A stretch of DNA of 64,000 nucleotides, from contig CAVRDX010000004.1 in NCBI GenBank assembly GCA_963719945.1, positions 334,402 through 398,401 of the forward strand, read 5' to 3'. Positions 1 through 8,961 of the stretch are shown piece after piece. Numbering within the stretch: position 1 is the first letter of the stretch; each line of letters opens with the position of its first letter. The DNA is from an uncultured Thermoplasmata archaeon (lineage in GTDB: Archaea > Thermoplasmatota > Thermoplasmata > UBA10834). Below the pieces are notes generated by a model. It searched no databases. It had not been told where the DNA came from and saw nothing but the letters and a program-made list of their open reading frames with translations. Made by a program: the position numbers and the translations under genes.

Positions 1-391
1 TGATCGCGGACTCGAACGACTCGGCGCCAGTGTTGGAGAAGAAAACCATCTTCTTGTTCGCGCCAGGAGCGGTCTTGGCAAGCCTCTCAGCCATCTCGTT
101 CTGCAGTTTGCAGTAGAAGTCAGTACCCGCGACATGCGTGTACTTGTCGACCTGGTCCTTGATTGCCTGGACGACCTTCGGATGCCTCGCACCGACGTTC
201 AGAACGCCGACGCCTGCATAGAAATCGATGTACTTGTTGCCATCAATGTCCTCTATGACGGTTCCCTCAGCCTTCTTGAATACCAGCGGCCAGGACTTCG
301 TGGCCTTCACGATCCACTCGTCATCCTTGGCGACTGCCTTCTTTGCCTCCGGTCCCGGGGGCTCTACTTTGATATCAGGTACTTTCTCCAT
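1..391 (-). CDS. class-III (omega) PLP aminotransferase, GabT/ArgD-like; 5' part only, gene runs off the left edge
   Basis: Hand translation of the reverse strand from ATG 391-389 gives MEKVPDIKVEPPGPEAKKAVAKDDEWIVKATKSWPLVFKKAEGTVIEDIDGNKYIDFYAGVGVLNVGARHPKVVQAIKDQ...FFSNTGAESFESAI. This is the usual N-terminal block of the family. Absent from the ORF track because it is truncated. Confidence 0.8.
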   Translation of the reverse strand, partial: MEKVPDIKVEPPGPEAKKAVAKDDEWIVKATKSWPLVFKKAEGTVIEDIDGNKYIDFYAGVGVLNVGARHPKVVQAIKDQVDKYTHVAGTDFYCKLQNEMAERLAKTAPGANKKMVFFSNTGAESFESAI

Positions 392-631
392 GAGAAAACT
401 CTCCCTTGTTTTTCCGTAAGCACATGCCTGATAAATCGATTATGGTAATACACAACTATTCGGGGTGAAAAATATCCGATTTCGAACCCGGGAATACGAA
501 AACCGGATGAATTCGAAGAATTTGGCCGAATATGATCGTTTTCGGGGTTTCTTCTTCACCGCCTCGCGCGTTCGTTCATATTCCTCAAATAGGCGTGATG
601 GTCTCCCATACCTAGCAGGGGACCCCAAACG

Positions 632-639
632 TATATAAA
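632..639 (+). promoter_or_regulatory. candidate TATA box upstream of rpoK-rps2
   Basis: TATATAAA at 632-639, about 45 nt upstream of the proposed TTG start at 681. Confidence 0.35.
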
Positions 640-680
640 GGGGTCACATTTTAGGGGATATCTCCGCAGAGGCTGTAGAT

Positions 681-857
681 TTGAGGTTTACCAGATTCGA
701 GAAGGCACGGATTATCGGCGCTAGAGCGCTCCAAATCAGCATGGGAGCACCCGTGTTGATGGACATCGGCGACGATAGTATCATAGACCCGATCGAGATG
801 GCTATCCGCGAATACGACATGAAAGTCATCCCAATGACTGTCAAGAGAGAAGACTGA
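681..857 (+). CDS. rpoK: DNA-directed RNA polymerase subunit K (Rpo6)
   Basis: 58-codon ORF, below the track size cut-off: (M)[58 protein letters not shown]. The RFExARxIGxRAxQIxxGAP block is the Rpo6/Rpb6/omega signature. The only in-frame start after the upstream TAA (636-638) is TTG 681. The ORF ends 9 nt before rps2. Confidence 0.8.
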   Translation: MRFTRFEKARIIGARALQISMGAPVLMDIGDDSIIDPIEMAIREYDMKVIPMTVKRED

Positions 858-866
858 GGTATCACG

Positions 867-1508
867 ATGGATGAGGTAGTAGCAGAGACAACGACGACGA
901 TTGAACCGCAGGGACAGCAGCTGCTCATACCAGAGGAGGTCTACCTCACTTCCGGCGTTCATATCGGAACCCAGCAGAAGAGCGCCGACATGAAGGATTT
1001 CATCTTCAAGGTCAGGACCGATGGTCTGTACGTTCTGGATGTCAAGAAGACGGATGAGCGCATACGCGTCGCCTCGAACTTCCTTGCGAAGTACGATCCG
1101 TCGAAGATCCTGTTGGTATCTGCAAGGCAGTACGGACAGAAACCCGCCAAGGTGTTCGCCAAGATCGTCGGCACACACGTGGTTGCAGGCAGATTCGTCC
1201 CCGGCTCATTGACCAACCCGATACTTCCGAACTTCGTTGAGCCCGAAGTCATATTCGTCACCGACCCCGCGGCAGATGAGCAAGCCCTCAGGGAAGCGCT
1301 CAGCGTGGGCATACCGATCGTTGGCATCTGCGATGCCAATAACGAGACGAGGAACGTCGACCTGGTCATCCCATCGAACAACAAGGGTAGGAGGGCATTG
1401 GCGACGATCTATTGGCTCTTGGCAAGAGAGGTCCTGAAGGCCCGTGGAGTCGTCAAGAACGACGAGGACTTCAAGCCTACAGTAGAGGAATTCGAGGCGT
1501 CCCTCTAG
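867..1508 (+). CDS. rps2: 30S ribosomal protein S2 (uS2)
   Basis: Archaeal uS2-like sequence ([33 protein letters not shown]...[25 protein letters not shown]). The rpoK-rps2 adjacency is typical of archaea. Confidence 0.95.
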   Translation: MDEVVAETTTTIEPQGQQLLIPEEVYLTSGVHIGTQQKSADMKDFIFKVRTDGLYVLDVKKTDERIRVASNFLAKYDPSKILLVSARQYGQKPAKVFAKIVGTHVVAGRFVPGSLTNPILPNFVEPEVIFVTDPAADEQALREALSVGIPIVGICDANNETRNVDLVIPSNNKGRRALATIYWLLAREVLKARGVVKNDEDFKPTVEEFEASL

Positions 1509-1583
1509 TGGGGCCCTCTATCATTCCCATCCATTTCTTGGGCAAACTATTACATTGTCTAGCCGATATTCTACCATCGGGGT

Positions 1584-2408
1584 TTGTTGGTGGTCAGACA
1601 TCCAGCCGTTGCCGGACAGTTTTACGAAGGTGATGAGCTCTCGCTCATCAGGCAGATCGAATCATGCTATCTGGGCAATCTCGGACCTGGAAAGCTGCCT
1701 GAATTGAGGAACGGTCCCAGACGGATCAAGGGAGGAATAGCCCCCCATGCCGGATACATGTTCTCGGGTATGGTCGCGGCCCATCTCTATGGGCGGATCG
1801 CACAGGACGGTCTTCCGGAGACCTTCATCATATTGGGCCCCAATCACACGGGCAGGGGCACTGGCATGGCTATCACTGCGGAGGATTTCGAGACGCCTCT
1901 CGGCACCGTCAGCGTGGACAAGGAGCTTGCGAAGGCGATCAGGAAGGATCTGATAGATGTCGATCCAGAAGCCCATTATTTCGAACATTCGATCGAAGTG
2001 CAGCTGCCGTTCCTGCAGCATCTGTCGAGGGGCATCAAGATCGTCCCCATATGCATGGGTTTTCAGGACTACGATGCCTCGAAATCGGTCGGCGAGATAA
2101 TAAGAGACTCAGCGAAGGGGAAGGATATCATCGTCATAGCATCCACGGATTTCTCACATTATGTCACGAAGGGCACTGCTAAGGTGAAGGATTCGAAGGC
2201 TCTCGACGCCATCATGTCGATGGAGCCTAAGAAGCTGTACGAGGTCGTCAGAGACGAGAACATCTCGATGTGCGGCTACGGTCCTGTCATGGCGATGATG
2301 ATCGCATCAGGAGCCAACAAAGGGAAGGTCTTGAAGTATGCGACCTCTGGAGACGTCCGTCCGATGAGGGACGTGGTCGGCTACGCGTCCGCGGTCTTCG
2401 AAAAGTAA
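1584..2408 (+). CDS. MEMO1-family protein (AmmeMemoRadiSam system protein B)
   Basis: N-terminal RHPAVAGQFYEG and APHAGYMFSG motifs plus the FEHSIEVQLPFLQ block. The start is ambiguous among TTG 1584, TTG 1587 and GTG 1590. Confidence 0.85.
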   Translation: MLVVRHPAVAGQFYEGDELSLIRQIESCYLGNLGPGKLPELRNGPRRIKGGIAPHAGYMFSGMVAAHLYGRIAQDGLPETFIILGPNHTGRGTGMAITAEDFETPLGTVSVDKELAKAIRKDLIDVDPEAHYFEHSIEVQLPFLQHLSRGIKIVPICMGFQDYDASKSVGEIIRDSAKGKDIIVIASTDFSHYVTKGTAKVKDSKALDAIMSMEPKKLYEVVRDENISMCGYGPVMAMMIASGANKGKVLKYATSGDVRPMRDVVGYASAVFEK

Positions 2409-2438
2409 CATTAGGCCGCATCGATATCAGAGGGTCCC

Positions 2439-2978
2439 ATGTTCAGACCGAAGATAACATCCGCTGCGATACTTCTGATGTTCGTGTTGACTTCGATCTG
2501 GCTCATACTTGTCATCGTCGCTCCTATGCTGGTCCCGAGCAATACGCTGACCAATCTGTCGGGACGGGTGGGATACCACGACAACGAGGCCCTCTTCTCG
2601 CAGCTCGACCCGATCCCGCATGCGATCTATTGGATCGGGGACGGAGAGTGTCACCAGCTGGCAGACAGAAGCTACTTCATAAACGGGAACCAGATGCCGT
2701 TCTGTGCGAGGGACCTCGGATTGTTCATCGGTCTCGCCTTAGGTTCGGGGGTCATGACCTTCTACAGATACAAGGTGCATCCAGCATTCGTCTTGATGGG
2801 TCTGGTTCCGCTTGCGTTGGACGGCGGCGTTCAATTGTTGACGGACTACGAATCCAACAACACGCTCAGGATGATAACCGGTTTCATCGCAGGCTTCGTC
2901 TTGGCGTTGCTCCTGGCGCACTTCATGTTCGCGTTGCAGGAAGATGCGCCTCGTGAATCGAGCAAACCTTCGCAGTGA
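2439..2978 (+). CDS. DUF2085-like membrane protein
   Basis: Pattern GECHQLADRS....MPFCARDLGLF followed by TM helices and LDGGVQLLT, as I remember the DUF2085 family. Confidence 0.65.
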   Translation: MFRPKITSAAILLMFVLTSIWLILVIVAPMLVPSNTLTNLSGRVGYHDNEALFSQLDPIPHAIYWIGDGECHQLADRSYFINGNQMPFCARDLGLFIGLALGSGVMTFYRYKVHPAFVLMGLVPLALDGGVQLLTDYESNNTLRMITGFIAGFVLALLLAHFMFALQEDAPRESSKPSQ

Positions 2979-3061
2979 CGCGTGGAATTCCATGTGGAAA
3001 TATGATATAGTGTGGATCCGATGATGGCGCGGTCCAGCAGAGCCGACAATCGCCGGACCAT

Positions 3062-3610
3062 ATGGTGAACATCATGGAAAGACCTCCTGGAGTTGCCCCG
3101 TTCTTGGAACCATCTCCTCAGCCGGTACAGACACCTTCGAACCGAAACTGCATCACATGCGGTCGCGCTATCGCTTGGCAGTCGAATGTATGCCCATACT
3201 GCGGTCACGACTATAGGCTCGCAGTGGGACCACCGCTAAAGCCCAGGTCTTCGAAGCCTGCGGTGGCAGGCGTCCTCATCCTCCTGGCTGGTCTCTTTGC
3301 GTTGGGCCAGGGCATGTTCCTTGCTATGGCGGACAATGCGTTCATAGAGAGCATGGATCAAGCCACTTTGAACGAGGCGGGCTATTCGATATCTGAGATC
3401 AGAGAACTCATGAATGCCTGTGGCCTGATCGGCATGCTGTTCGGTGTGATAGCGATCATAGGCGGGGCGATCGCTTTCACCCGCAAGCATTACATGTTGG
3501 CCATGATGGGAGCGGTATTCGCGATCCTCGGATTCGGATTCATAATAGGTTCGGTCTTTGGCCTGATTGGTATAATACTGCTCGTGATGTCGAAGCAGGA
3601 ATTCGAATGA
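3062..3610 (+). CDS. zinc-ribbon + 4-TM membrane protein (paralog 1 of tandem array)
   Basis: CITCGRAIAWQSNVCPYCGHDYR zinc ribbon, then about four hydrophobic helices, ending LLVMSKQEFE. Confidence 0.75.
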   Translation: MVNIMERPPGVAPFLEPSPQPVQTPSNRNCITCGRAIAWQSNVCPYCGHDYRLAVGPPLKPRSSKPAVAGVLILLAGLFALGQGMFLAMADNAFIESMDQATLNEAGYSISEIRELMNACGLIGMLFGVIAIIGGAIAFTRKHYMLAMMGAVFAILGFGFIIGSVFGLIGIILLVMSKQEFE

Positions 3611-3763
3611 ACCGAATGTCTAGATGATCGTGCCTATCAGTAGACTGGCAGATGTCCGTTTCGAGGGACAATAAAATCATAGAAACTGTTTTATAATTTC
3701 CTTTGCCATTTCATATTCGGACTGGTGGGGTGCACCCACCTATCCTATTCAGGAGGTAAAAAC

Positions 3764-4216
3764 TTGACATCAGCACCTGTTAGCACTCCCTCTAGGAACT
3801 GTGTTTCCTGTGGTCGTTCGATTTCTTGGGACGCGAACGTGTGTCCATATTGTGGTCACGATTTCAGAGTGGCAATGGCTGGACCTGCAGGTATGCAGAA
3901 GAAGGACTCGTCGATGCCGCTCGTAGCTGGAATACTGTTGATAATCTGCAGCTTGGGATACTTCGGTATCGGGATATGGTTCATGGGCGCCGGGACATCG
4001 ATCATGGGTTTGACCGAGGACGTTGGCGGAGACATATTTGCTGCTTGTGGCGCTCTGATTGCGGTCCTCGGCGTCATAGTGCTCTTGGGCGGCGTGTTCT
4101 CGATTCAGAAGAGGCATTTCGGCCTGGCATTGGTCGCTTCGATACTCTCCCTCGGGACAATGTTGGGGATCGTAGCCCTGATTTTGGTCATCATTTCGAA
4201 GGACGAGTTCACGTAG
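3764..4216 (+). CDS. zinc-ribbon + 4-TM membrane protein (paralog 2)
   Basis: CVSCGRSISWDANVCPYCGHDFR followed by TM helices, ending LVIISKDEFT. The ORF is open from GTG 3725. An in-frame TTG at 3764 sits 7 nt after AGGAGG (3751-3756), and TTTTATAA lies at 3689-3696. Confidence 0.75.
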   Translation: MTSAPVSTPSRNCVSCGRSISWDANVCPYCGHDFRVAMAGPAGMQKKDSSMPLVAGILLIICSLGYFGIGIWFMGAGTSIMGLTEDVGGDIFAACGALIAVLGVIVLLGGVFSIQKRHFGLALVASILSLGTMLGIVALILVIISKDEFT

Positions 4217-4346
4217 GAACCAGCGTCCGAAACCCCTTCAGTAAACCATTCCAGTTCATTTTCCAGAGAATCAATGTTGGAAAGCTATCTAGTCGCGAAA
4301 TCTCTTTCATTGTCAGAAGCAGCCGGACTATCTCAGAATCGGTGGT

Positions 4347-4736
4347 GTGCTGGTCATCATCTCGTCAATATTGACTCTCGTGTTCGTCATCTCACACCGA
4401 TCCTACTACGAGGACGATAACTCATCGTCTTTCTTGAGCGCATCCCAATCCCTGTTAGATGCCTTCCTATTCTTGCACTGCATCTCCGGGATTTCAGGAG
4501 TCTTTGGTGGAATACTCGCTCTACTGAAGACGAGATACCGATTGTCTCTGGCTCTATGTCTGATAAGCTCGCTCGGATTGGCTTTCATGTTGTCGCTCGC
4601 AGGCTCGGCGCTTATAGCCATATCAAAGAATGATTTCAGTGAGATGAGATTGAAGAAGAGTGTTGATTGGCTTGATAACAACCCTGCATCTGGAGACCAA
4701 CTCGAACATAACACGATGGTCCGCAGAGGTGGATGA
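4347..4736 (+). CDS. 4-TM membrane protein, paralog 3 lacking the zinc ribbon
   Basis: Same helix pattern and the same terminal motif (ALIAISKNDFSE) as its neighbours, but no CxxC pairs. GTG start. No ATG in frame after the upstream TAG. Confidence 0.55.
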   Translation: MLVIISSILTLVFVISHRSYYEDDNSSSFLSASQSLLDAFLFLHCISGISGVFGGILALLKTRYRLSLALCLISSLGLAFMLSLAGSALIAISKNDFSEMRLKKSVDWLDNNPASGDQLEHNTMVRRGG

Positions 4737-4737
4737 G

Positions 4738-5238
4738 ATGGTGTCTTCACAACGCTGCATTGGCTGTGACCTGCAAGTGCCAGACGATTCCAGGTTCTGC
4801 CCGCATTGTGGCTTCAACCTCAGGGTCCTCACCGAAGACCTCGTTGCTCCCAACAAGGATGATAACTTGCTCAAGATATCAGGAGTCCTCCTCATACTCA
4901 TAGGCATATCGACCATCGTGAGTTCGGCACTCTTGATCTATTTCTACATCGATTTGGCGGGGAGTGATGATATCAGCGATGTGACCGCCCATCAGCTGAT
5001 GCTGCTGTCGGTGAATATGCTCGTTGGTGGAATCATAGTCACAGGCGGGATTCGCGCGATGACGGGCAACAACTTCGTCTTTGTGATCATATGCAGCGTC
5101 CTCGCCCTGTCGAACTCCTACTACGTATTATTATTGGCCTCGTACTTCAGCTCCAGCACATACGTATCCTTTAGCGGAGCGATCAGTCTGGCCGCTGTCA
5201 TATTCATAGTGTCCATCAGGGATAGATTCGTGAGTTGA
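4738..5238 (+). CDS. zinc-ribbon + 4-TM membrane protein (paralog 4)
   Basis: MVSSQRCIGCDLQVPDDSRFCPHCGFNLR followed by TM helices, ending FIVSIRDRFVS. The ATG lies 1 nt after the stop of paralog 3. The track ORF 4660.. is a 5' over-extension. Confidence 0.7.
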   Translation: MVSSQRCIGCDLQVPDDSRFCPHCGFNLRVLTEDLVAPNKDDNLLKISGVLLILIGISTIVSSALLIYFYIDLAGSDDISDVTAHQLMLLSVNMLVGGIIVTGGIRAMTGNNFVFVIICSVLALSNSYYVLLLASYFSSSTYVSFSGAISLAAVIFIVSIRDRFVS

Positions 5239-5266
5239 GGTTCTCCGTGCCAGCCACACGACCCGT

Positions 5267-6205
5267 TCAGATCCTCTTTATCATGCCGAGCTCTGGCTCG
5301 TAGACGTCGCCCTTGTCTAGGAGGCTCGCGACGATCTCCTCAAGCCGCACCTTGTCGATCTTCTTCGACTTCGCGGCTTCCACCAGCTTGTCCCATTGGG
5401 CCCCTTTGCCTCCGGAGCTCAGGCCATCTATGAGCGCGAGCACGGTGCCATCCTCGTCGGTGCCGACCTCGACATCGCTCATCTCGTCCTCGCCAGAAGC
5501 TTTCTCCTTCTTCGCGGCTGCGGGCATGGCCTTCTGCTTCGGGACCGCTGGCGATGGTGCACTCTCCTCCGCGTGGTTAGACCACTTCTCTGGGAGGACT
5601 GACCGGAGGGCTTCTCGGACCGAGTTCCTGAATCGTTCCAGGTCTATGTCCTTGTAGTACTCGACCGCCTTTACGACGCCGTCCGCCAGATTCTCGGGAT
5701 ATCCGAGCTTCATCAGTTCGTTGACGCTCGGTTCGGCCATCTGCATCGCGTCCCTGACGGCGTCGATCCTGAGAAGCGTGCTCTTGGCCGCCTCGAGGAT
5801 CCAATGATCCCTCATCTCGGCGTCGACCTCGATGACGTTCTCGGGCCTGATGCTGAGGTACTTCACCCCTTCCTCCGGGGAGTACGCCCTGCTCTTCCCG
5901 ACGACGGCGGCGAACGCCGGAGGCGACATCTTCGACAGGGACCTGGCCGCAGTCGGTTGATACTCGCCGGCTGATACGTAGAATGTACCTGTCGGATCAG
6001 TTATCTTCGCCCTGTACCTCGACTTACCTTCCCCACCTACCTCTTCTATGTCTGTGGCCACACCGACGATCATCATCCTGTTGACCTTCGCTCCGAGCGG
6101 GGTGATTATGTATGATGCGGGTTTCTCGCCCTCGCCCGTGTACTCCAATGTGGATGAGTTGTACTCCTCGGCGAATATCCGCCACGCGACCTCGCGGGCG
6201 TTCAT
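5267..6205 (-). CDS. RPA-associated OB-fold protein (RPA32/Rpap-like) with C-terminal winged-helix-like domain
   Basis: REVAWRIFAEEYNSS...YIITPLGAKVNRMMIVGV...ITDPTGTFYVSAGEYQP resembles the OB protein encoded next to euryarchaeal rpa genes. There is an acidic linker, then LVEAAKSKKIDKVRLEEIVASLLDKGDVYEP. The start overlaps the rpa stop by 4 nt. Confidence 0.7.
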   Translation of the reverse strand: MNAREVAWRIFAEEYNSSTLEYTGEGEKPASYIITPLGAKVNRMMIVGVATDIEEVGGEGKSRYRAKITDPTGTFYVSAGEYQPTAARSLSKMSPPAFAAVVGKSRAYSPEEGVKYLSIRPENVIEVDAEMRDHWILEAAKSTLLRIDAVRDAMQMAEPSVNELMKLGYPENLADGVVKAVEYYKDIDLERFRNSVREALRSVLPEKWSNHAEESAPSPAVPKQKAMPAAAKKEKASGEDEMSDVEVGTDEDGTVLALIDGLSSGGKGAQWDKLVEAAKSKKIDKVRLEEIVASLLDKGDVYEPELGMIKRI

Positions 6206-7521
6206 CTGCTATCCTCCAGGTCGACAAGGAGTTTCTCGACTTCCTGTTTGACATCGTCGAATCCGAGCCTGGCGTCCCTGACTATCATAGAGAGGCCGTA
6301 ATCGTCAGAAGTCACGTTCCCTGAGAGGGTGATGATCTTCAGCATCAGCCGCTCCTCCACTATGTCCTTGACGATGTCGAAGTTCATGGCCTGCTTCGCC
6401 TTCTCCATGCACTCGTCGAGGGTCGTGTCGGCCAGGTTCTCCGTGAGTTCGCGCCCTATGACCACGCTGACAGCTCCACTGCCGTCGTCAACTATGGCCT
6501 TGATCCTTAGGTCCGGCACTCCATCCACGCGTCCGTGTACTTTGCACATGCCCTTCTGGAGCGCGCGCTTGCACTCCGGGCATCTCATGATGAGCCCAGA
6601 GCCGTCACGCACCTCTATCAGGGCGCCCTTGATCGTCACATCGGCCGCCCCTCCCTTGGAGACTATGTCGGATATCATGGACATACCGGTCTTCTGGAGC
6701 TCTTCGATCGTCGGGAACTTCTCCTTCACCTTCGTGACGTCTGCGCGGTCGTCGAAGTTGAGCTGCGGGATGCCCCTCCAGCCTTTCACGGTCCCTTTCG
6801 ATATCCTGAGTATGTCCCCTTGTTTCACTTTGAAATCAGACCACGCGGTGAACTGCACCTTGCCGGTCTCGTCAGCTATCACGCCAGAGAATATCTTCTT
6901 CGGCTCGCCCTTGACCACGACTTCCCTGTCCTCGACCGAGAGCACGCGGCCCTTGGTCTGCACATAGCCCATGCCCTCTCGGAGGTCGTTGATGGTAACG
7001 ATCTTCGGAGGACCGTCGGCGACCTGTATATCCCCGATCGTGGCCGCATCCTCCTTCTTGATGGTCACCCTGTTGCCGAAATTGATCTGCACACGTCCCT
7101 GGTACTCCCTCGTGTACGCACCCTTGACTGAGATGACCTCTCCCTTCGACAGCTGCAGCCCCTCGGTCTCCCAGGCGGTGTACGGAAGGGTCGTGGACTC
7201 GTCACCTATGAATCCGTAGATTATCCTCTTCTTCTCGCCCTTCGAAGTGATCTCCTTGTCATTCGCCGAGAGCACCTTAGCGACGAAATCGACGTTCGGC
7301 TCGTTGGGCCGTATCTCAGCCAACTTCCTCTGAAAACCCACGGAGAAGTCCTTCATCTCGCCACCGTATCTCTTCACGATGGTCTCCTTGGCCTTTGGTA
7401 TGCTGAGCCTGTAGACGTCGACGTATTTCTTCAGCTCTTCAGCGATCTCATCCTCAGACAACTTATCCCCGAGCGCCCTGGCGATCTCTTGTACGTGGGG
7501 CGCTAGATTTTCTATCTCCAT
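6202..7521 (-). CDS. rpa: replication protein A (single-stranded DNA-binding protein, multi-OB with zinc ribbon)
   Basis: Repeated OB-like segments (..ISVKGAYTREYQGRVQINFG.., ..ILRISKGTVKGWRGIPQLNF..) and CPECKRALQKGMCKVHG. Start placed at MEIENL (ATG 7521). The 44 upstream codons of the track ORF look like a non-coding extension. Confidence 0.85.
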   Translation of the reverse strand: MEIENLAPHVQEIARALGDKLSEDEIAEELKKYVDVYRLSIPKAKETIVKRYGGEMKDFSVGFQRKLAEIRPNEPNVDFVAKVLSANDKEITSKGEKKRIIYGFIGDESTTLPYTAWETEGLQLSKGEVISVKGAYTREYQGRVQINFGNRVTIKKEDAATIGDIQVADGPPKIVTINDLREGMGYVQTKGRVLSVEDREVVVKGEPKKIFSGVIADETGKVQFTAWSDFKVKQGDILRISKGTVKGWRGIPQLNFDDRADVTKVKEKFPTIEELQKTGMSMISDIVSKGGAADVTIKGALIEVRDGSGLIMRCPECKRALQKGMCKVHGRVDGVPDLRIKAIVDDGSGAVSVVIGRELTENLADTTLDECMEKAKQAMNFDIVKDIVEERLMLKIITLSGNVTSDDYGLSMIVRDARLGFDDVKQEVEKLLVDLEDSR

Positions 7522-7701
7522 TATAAATCCCCCAATGTTGTGGAGCAGCCGTTTTGTTCTCTGCTGCTGAGTATGGGAGTGTGGATTGCTCATATAAATG
7601 GGTCTGTTAGAGGTACGCGAAAGTAGGGGGTCAGTACGCATGATTCCGAGCAAAGGTTATTGAAATGGAGGGGTATCACGGTCTAGTCGGGGGATACTAG
7701 C

Positions 7702-8946
7702 GTGAGGTTTAGGAAGGGGAGATTGGCAGCCTGTATGTTTATCGGACTCTTGATCATGATGCCCGTGAGCGTCCTGGGTCTGCCACAAGCGAACGATGAT
7801 GATGTCAAGGAATGGACGATGCTCGTGTTCTGGTGCGCAGACAACAACCTGGAGTTCTGCACTGAGTTCGCGATGGACGCTTGGGAGCGGTCGCTCACGA
7901 GCAATGAAGAGGTCAACGTGGTCGCGATGGTAGACCTCCTCTCTGTCGAAGGCACCTGGATATACGAAGTCAAGGACGGGGATTCGAAAGTGGTCAAGGA
8001 ATATCCAGAACTCAACACTTCGGATCCGGCTGTGCTGAAGATGTTCGTGAATTATGGACTGGACATGTATCCTTCCGAGAAGACCCTATTGGTCGTGCAG
8101 GACCACGGCTATGGATGGCGTGGGATGTGCAAGGACGAGACCAACGGTAGCTCGTTGATGTCGGTGGACGGTCTCGCGAACGCCCTGCTCGACGTCAAGA
8201 ACGACCGGGACGGCAAAGGCGTCGACATCCTGGCGTTCGATGCATGCAGCATGTCGACCATAGAGGTCGCCTACGAATTCAGGGACGCGGTATCGTATCT
8301 GGTGGCCTCGCAGACAGTGGTGCCATACGACGGCCTTCCGTACATGATGACGGTGAGCGACATGGTCGCATATCCAGAGATGTCTCCCGAAGAACTCGCA
8401 GCGGACATCGTGGAGGATTATGTCGAGTATTACAGTGACAAGCAGGCCTACGAGCACATCTATTCATATAATCAGGATTTCTCCACAGTCGCCGCGCTGA
8501 ACATGTCCTACATGGGGGATGTCGGAGACGCGTTCATAACGTTCACTGAGGTGTTGTCATCCGAGATGGACAAACACCTGAAGCATGTGATGTCTGCCCG
8601 CATGGACGCCACGCTCGGCATCTGGGCGAACATAGGCGGATGGGAGTGGCAACCGGACCTCGGTGTGTTCATGGAGGATCTCGTGGGTGTGATCAGTCCG
8701 GAACTCGATGCTGCAATCGAGGACTACTTCGAGGCGCTAGACGACGCGATGGTGCTCGAGGCACACAGTGACAGGTACGACGACAAGGTCCATGGCCTGA
8801 ACGTGTTCTTCCCGCCGTCTCAGTCGATGTATGATTCGTGCGCCTATTGGTGGGCGATGCAGTTCGTGTACCACGAGAGCAATCTGGACATCGTCTCGGA
8901 ATCTCAATGGTACCAGTGCCTGATGACATACTACGGCACGGTCTGA
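7702..8946 (+). CDS. clostripain-family (C11) cysteine peptidase, secreted
   Basis: His/Cys dyad contexts VVQDHGYGW and ILAFDACSMSTIEVAYE. N-terminal hydrophobic signal-like segment. GTG start. Confidence 0.75.
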   Translation: MRFRKGRLAACMFIGLLIMMPVSVLGLPQANDDDVKEWTMLVFWCADNNLEFCTEFAMDAWERSLTSNEEVNVVAMVDLLSVEGTWIYEVKDGDSKVVKEYPELNTSDPAVLKMFVNYGLDMYPSEKTLLVVQDHGYGWRGMCKDETNGSSLMSVDGLANALLDVKNDRDGKGVDILAFDACSMSTIEVAYEFRDAVSYLVASQTVVPYDGLPYMMTVSDMVAYPEMSPEELAADIVEDYVEYYSDKQAYEHIYSYNQDFSTVAALNMSYMGDVGDAFITFTEVLSSEMDKHLKHVMSARMDATLGIWANIGGWEWQPDLGVFMEDLVGVISPELDAAIEDYFEALDDAMVLEAHSDRYDDKVHGLNVFFPPSQSMYDSCAYWWAMQFVYHESNLDIVSESQWYQCLMTYYGTV

Positions 8947-8961
8947 TACGAGGGTGACAGT

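Noticed and set aside
481-500. tRNA-like T-arm word (TTCGAACCCGGG) in the 290-nt spacer before rpoK, and the 62-codon minus ORF 440..628.
   Set aside because: No acceptor, D or anticodon stems can be drawn around it. The ORF is basic, has no motif, and spans a divergent promoter region.
6329-7131. Long plus-strand ORFs (6329..6967, 6535..7131) opposite the RPA gene. Similar antisense ORFs lie opposite serA (19943..20899), the UDP-sugar dehydrogenase (24624..25340), the surface protein (27387..28127), the IscS-like gene (28414..29160) and the MFS gene (41207..42349).
   Set aside because: Each lies entirely inside a gene with strong family motifs on the other strand. Their translations are Arg/Ser/Pro/His-rich with no motifs. 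These are typical stop-poor antisense frames of GC-rich coding DNA.
7522-7653. The N-terminal 44 codons of the track ORF for RPA (MLGIMRTDPLLSRTSNRPIYMSNPHSH...).
   Set aside because: The composition is not protein-like, and the segment contains the TATA-like CATATAAA region. Conserved RPA sequence begins at MEIENL.
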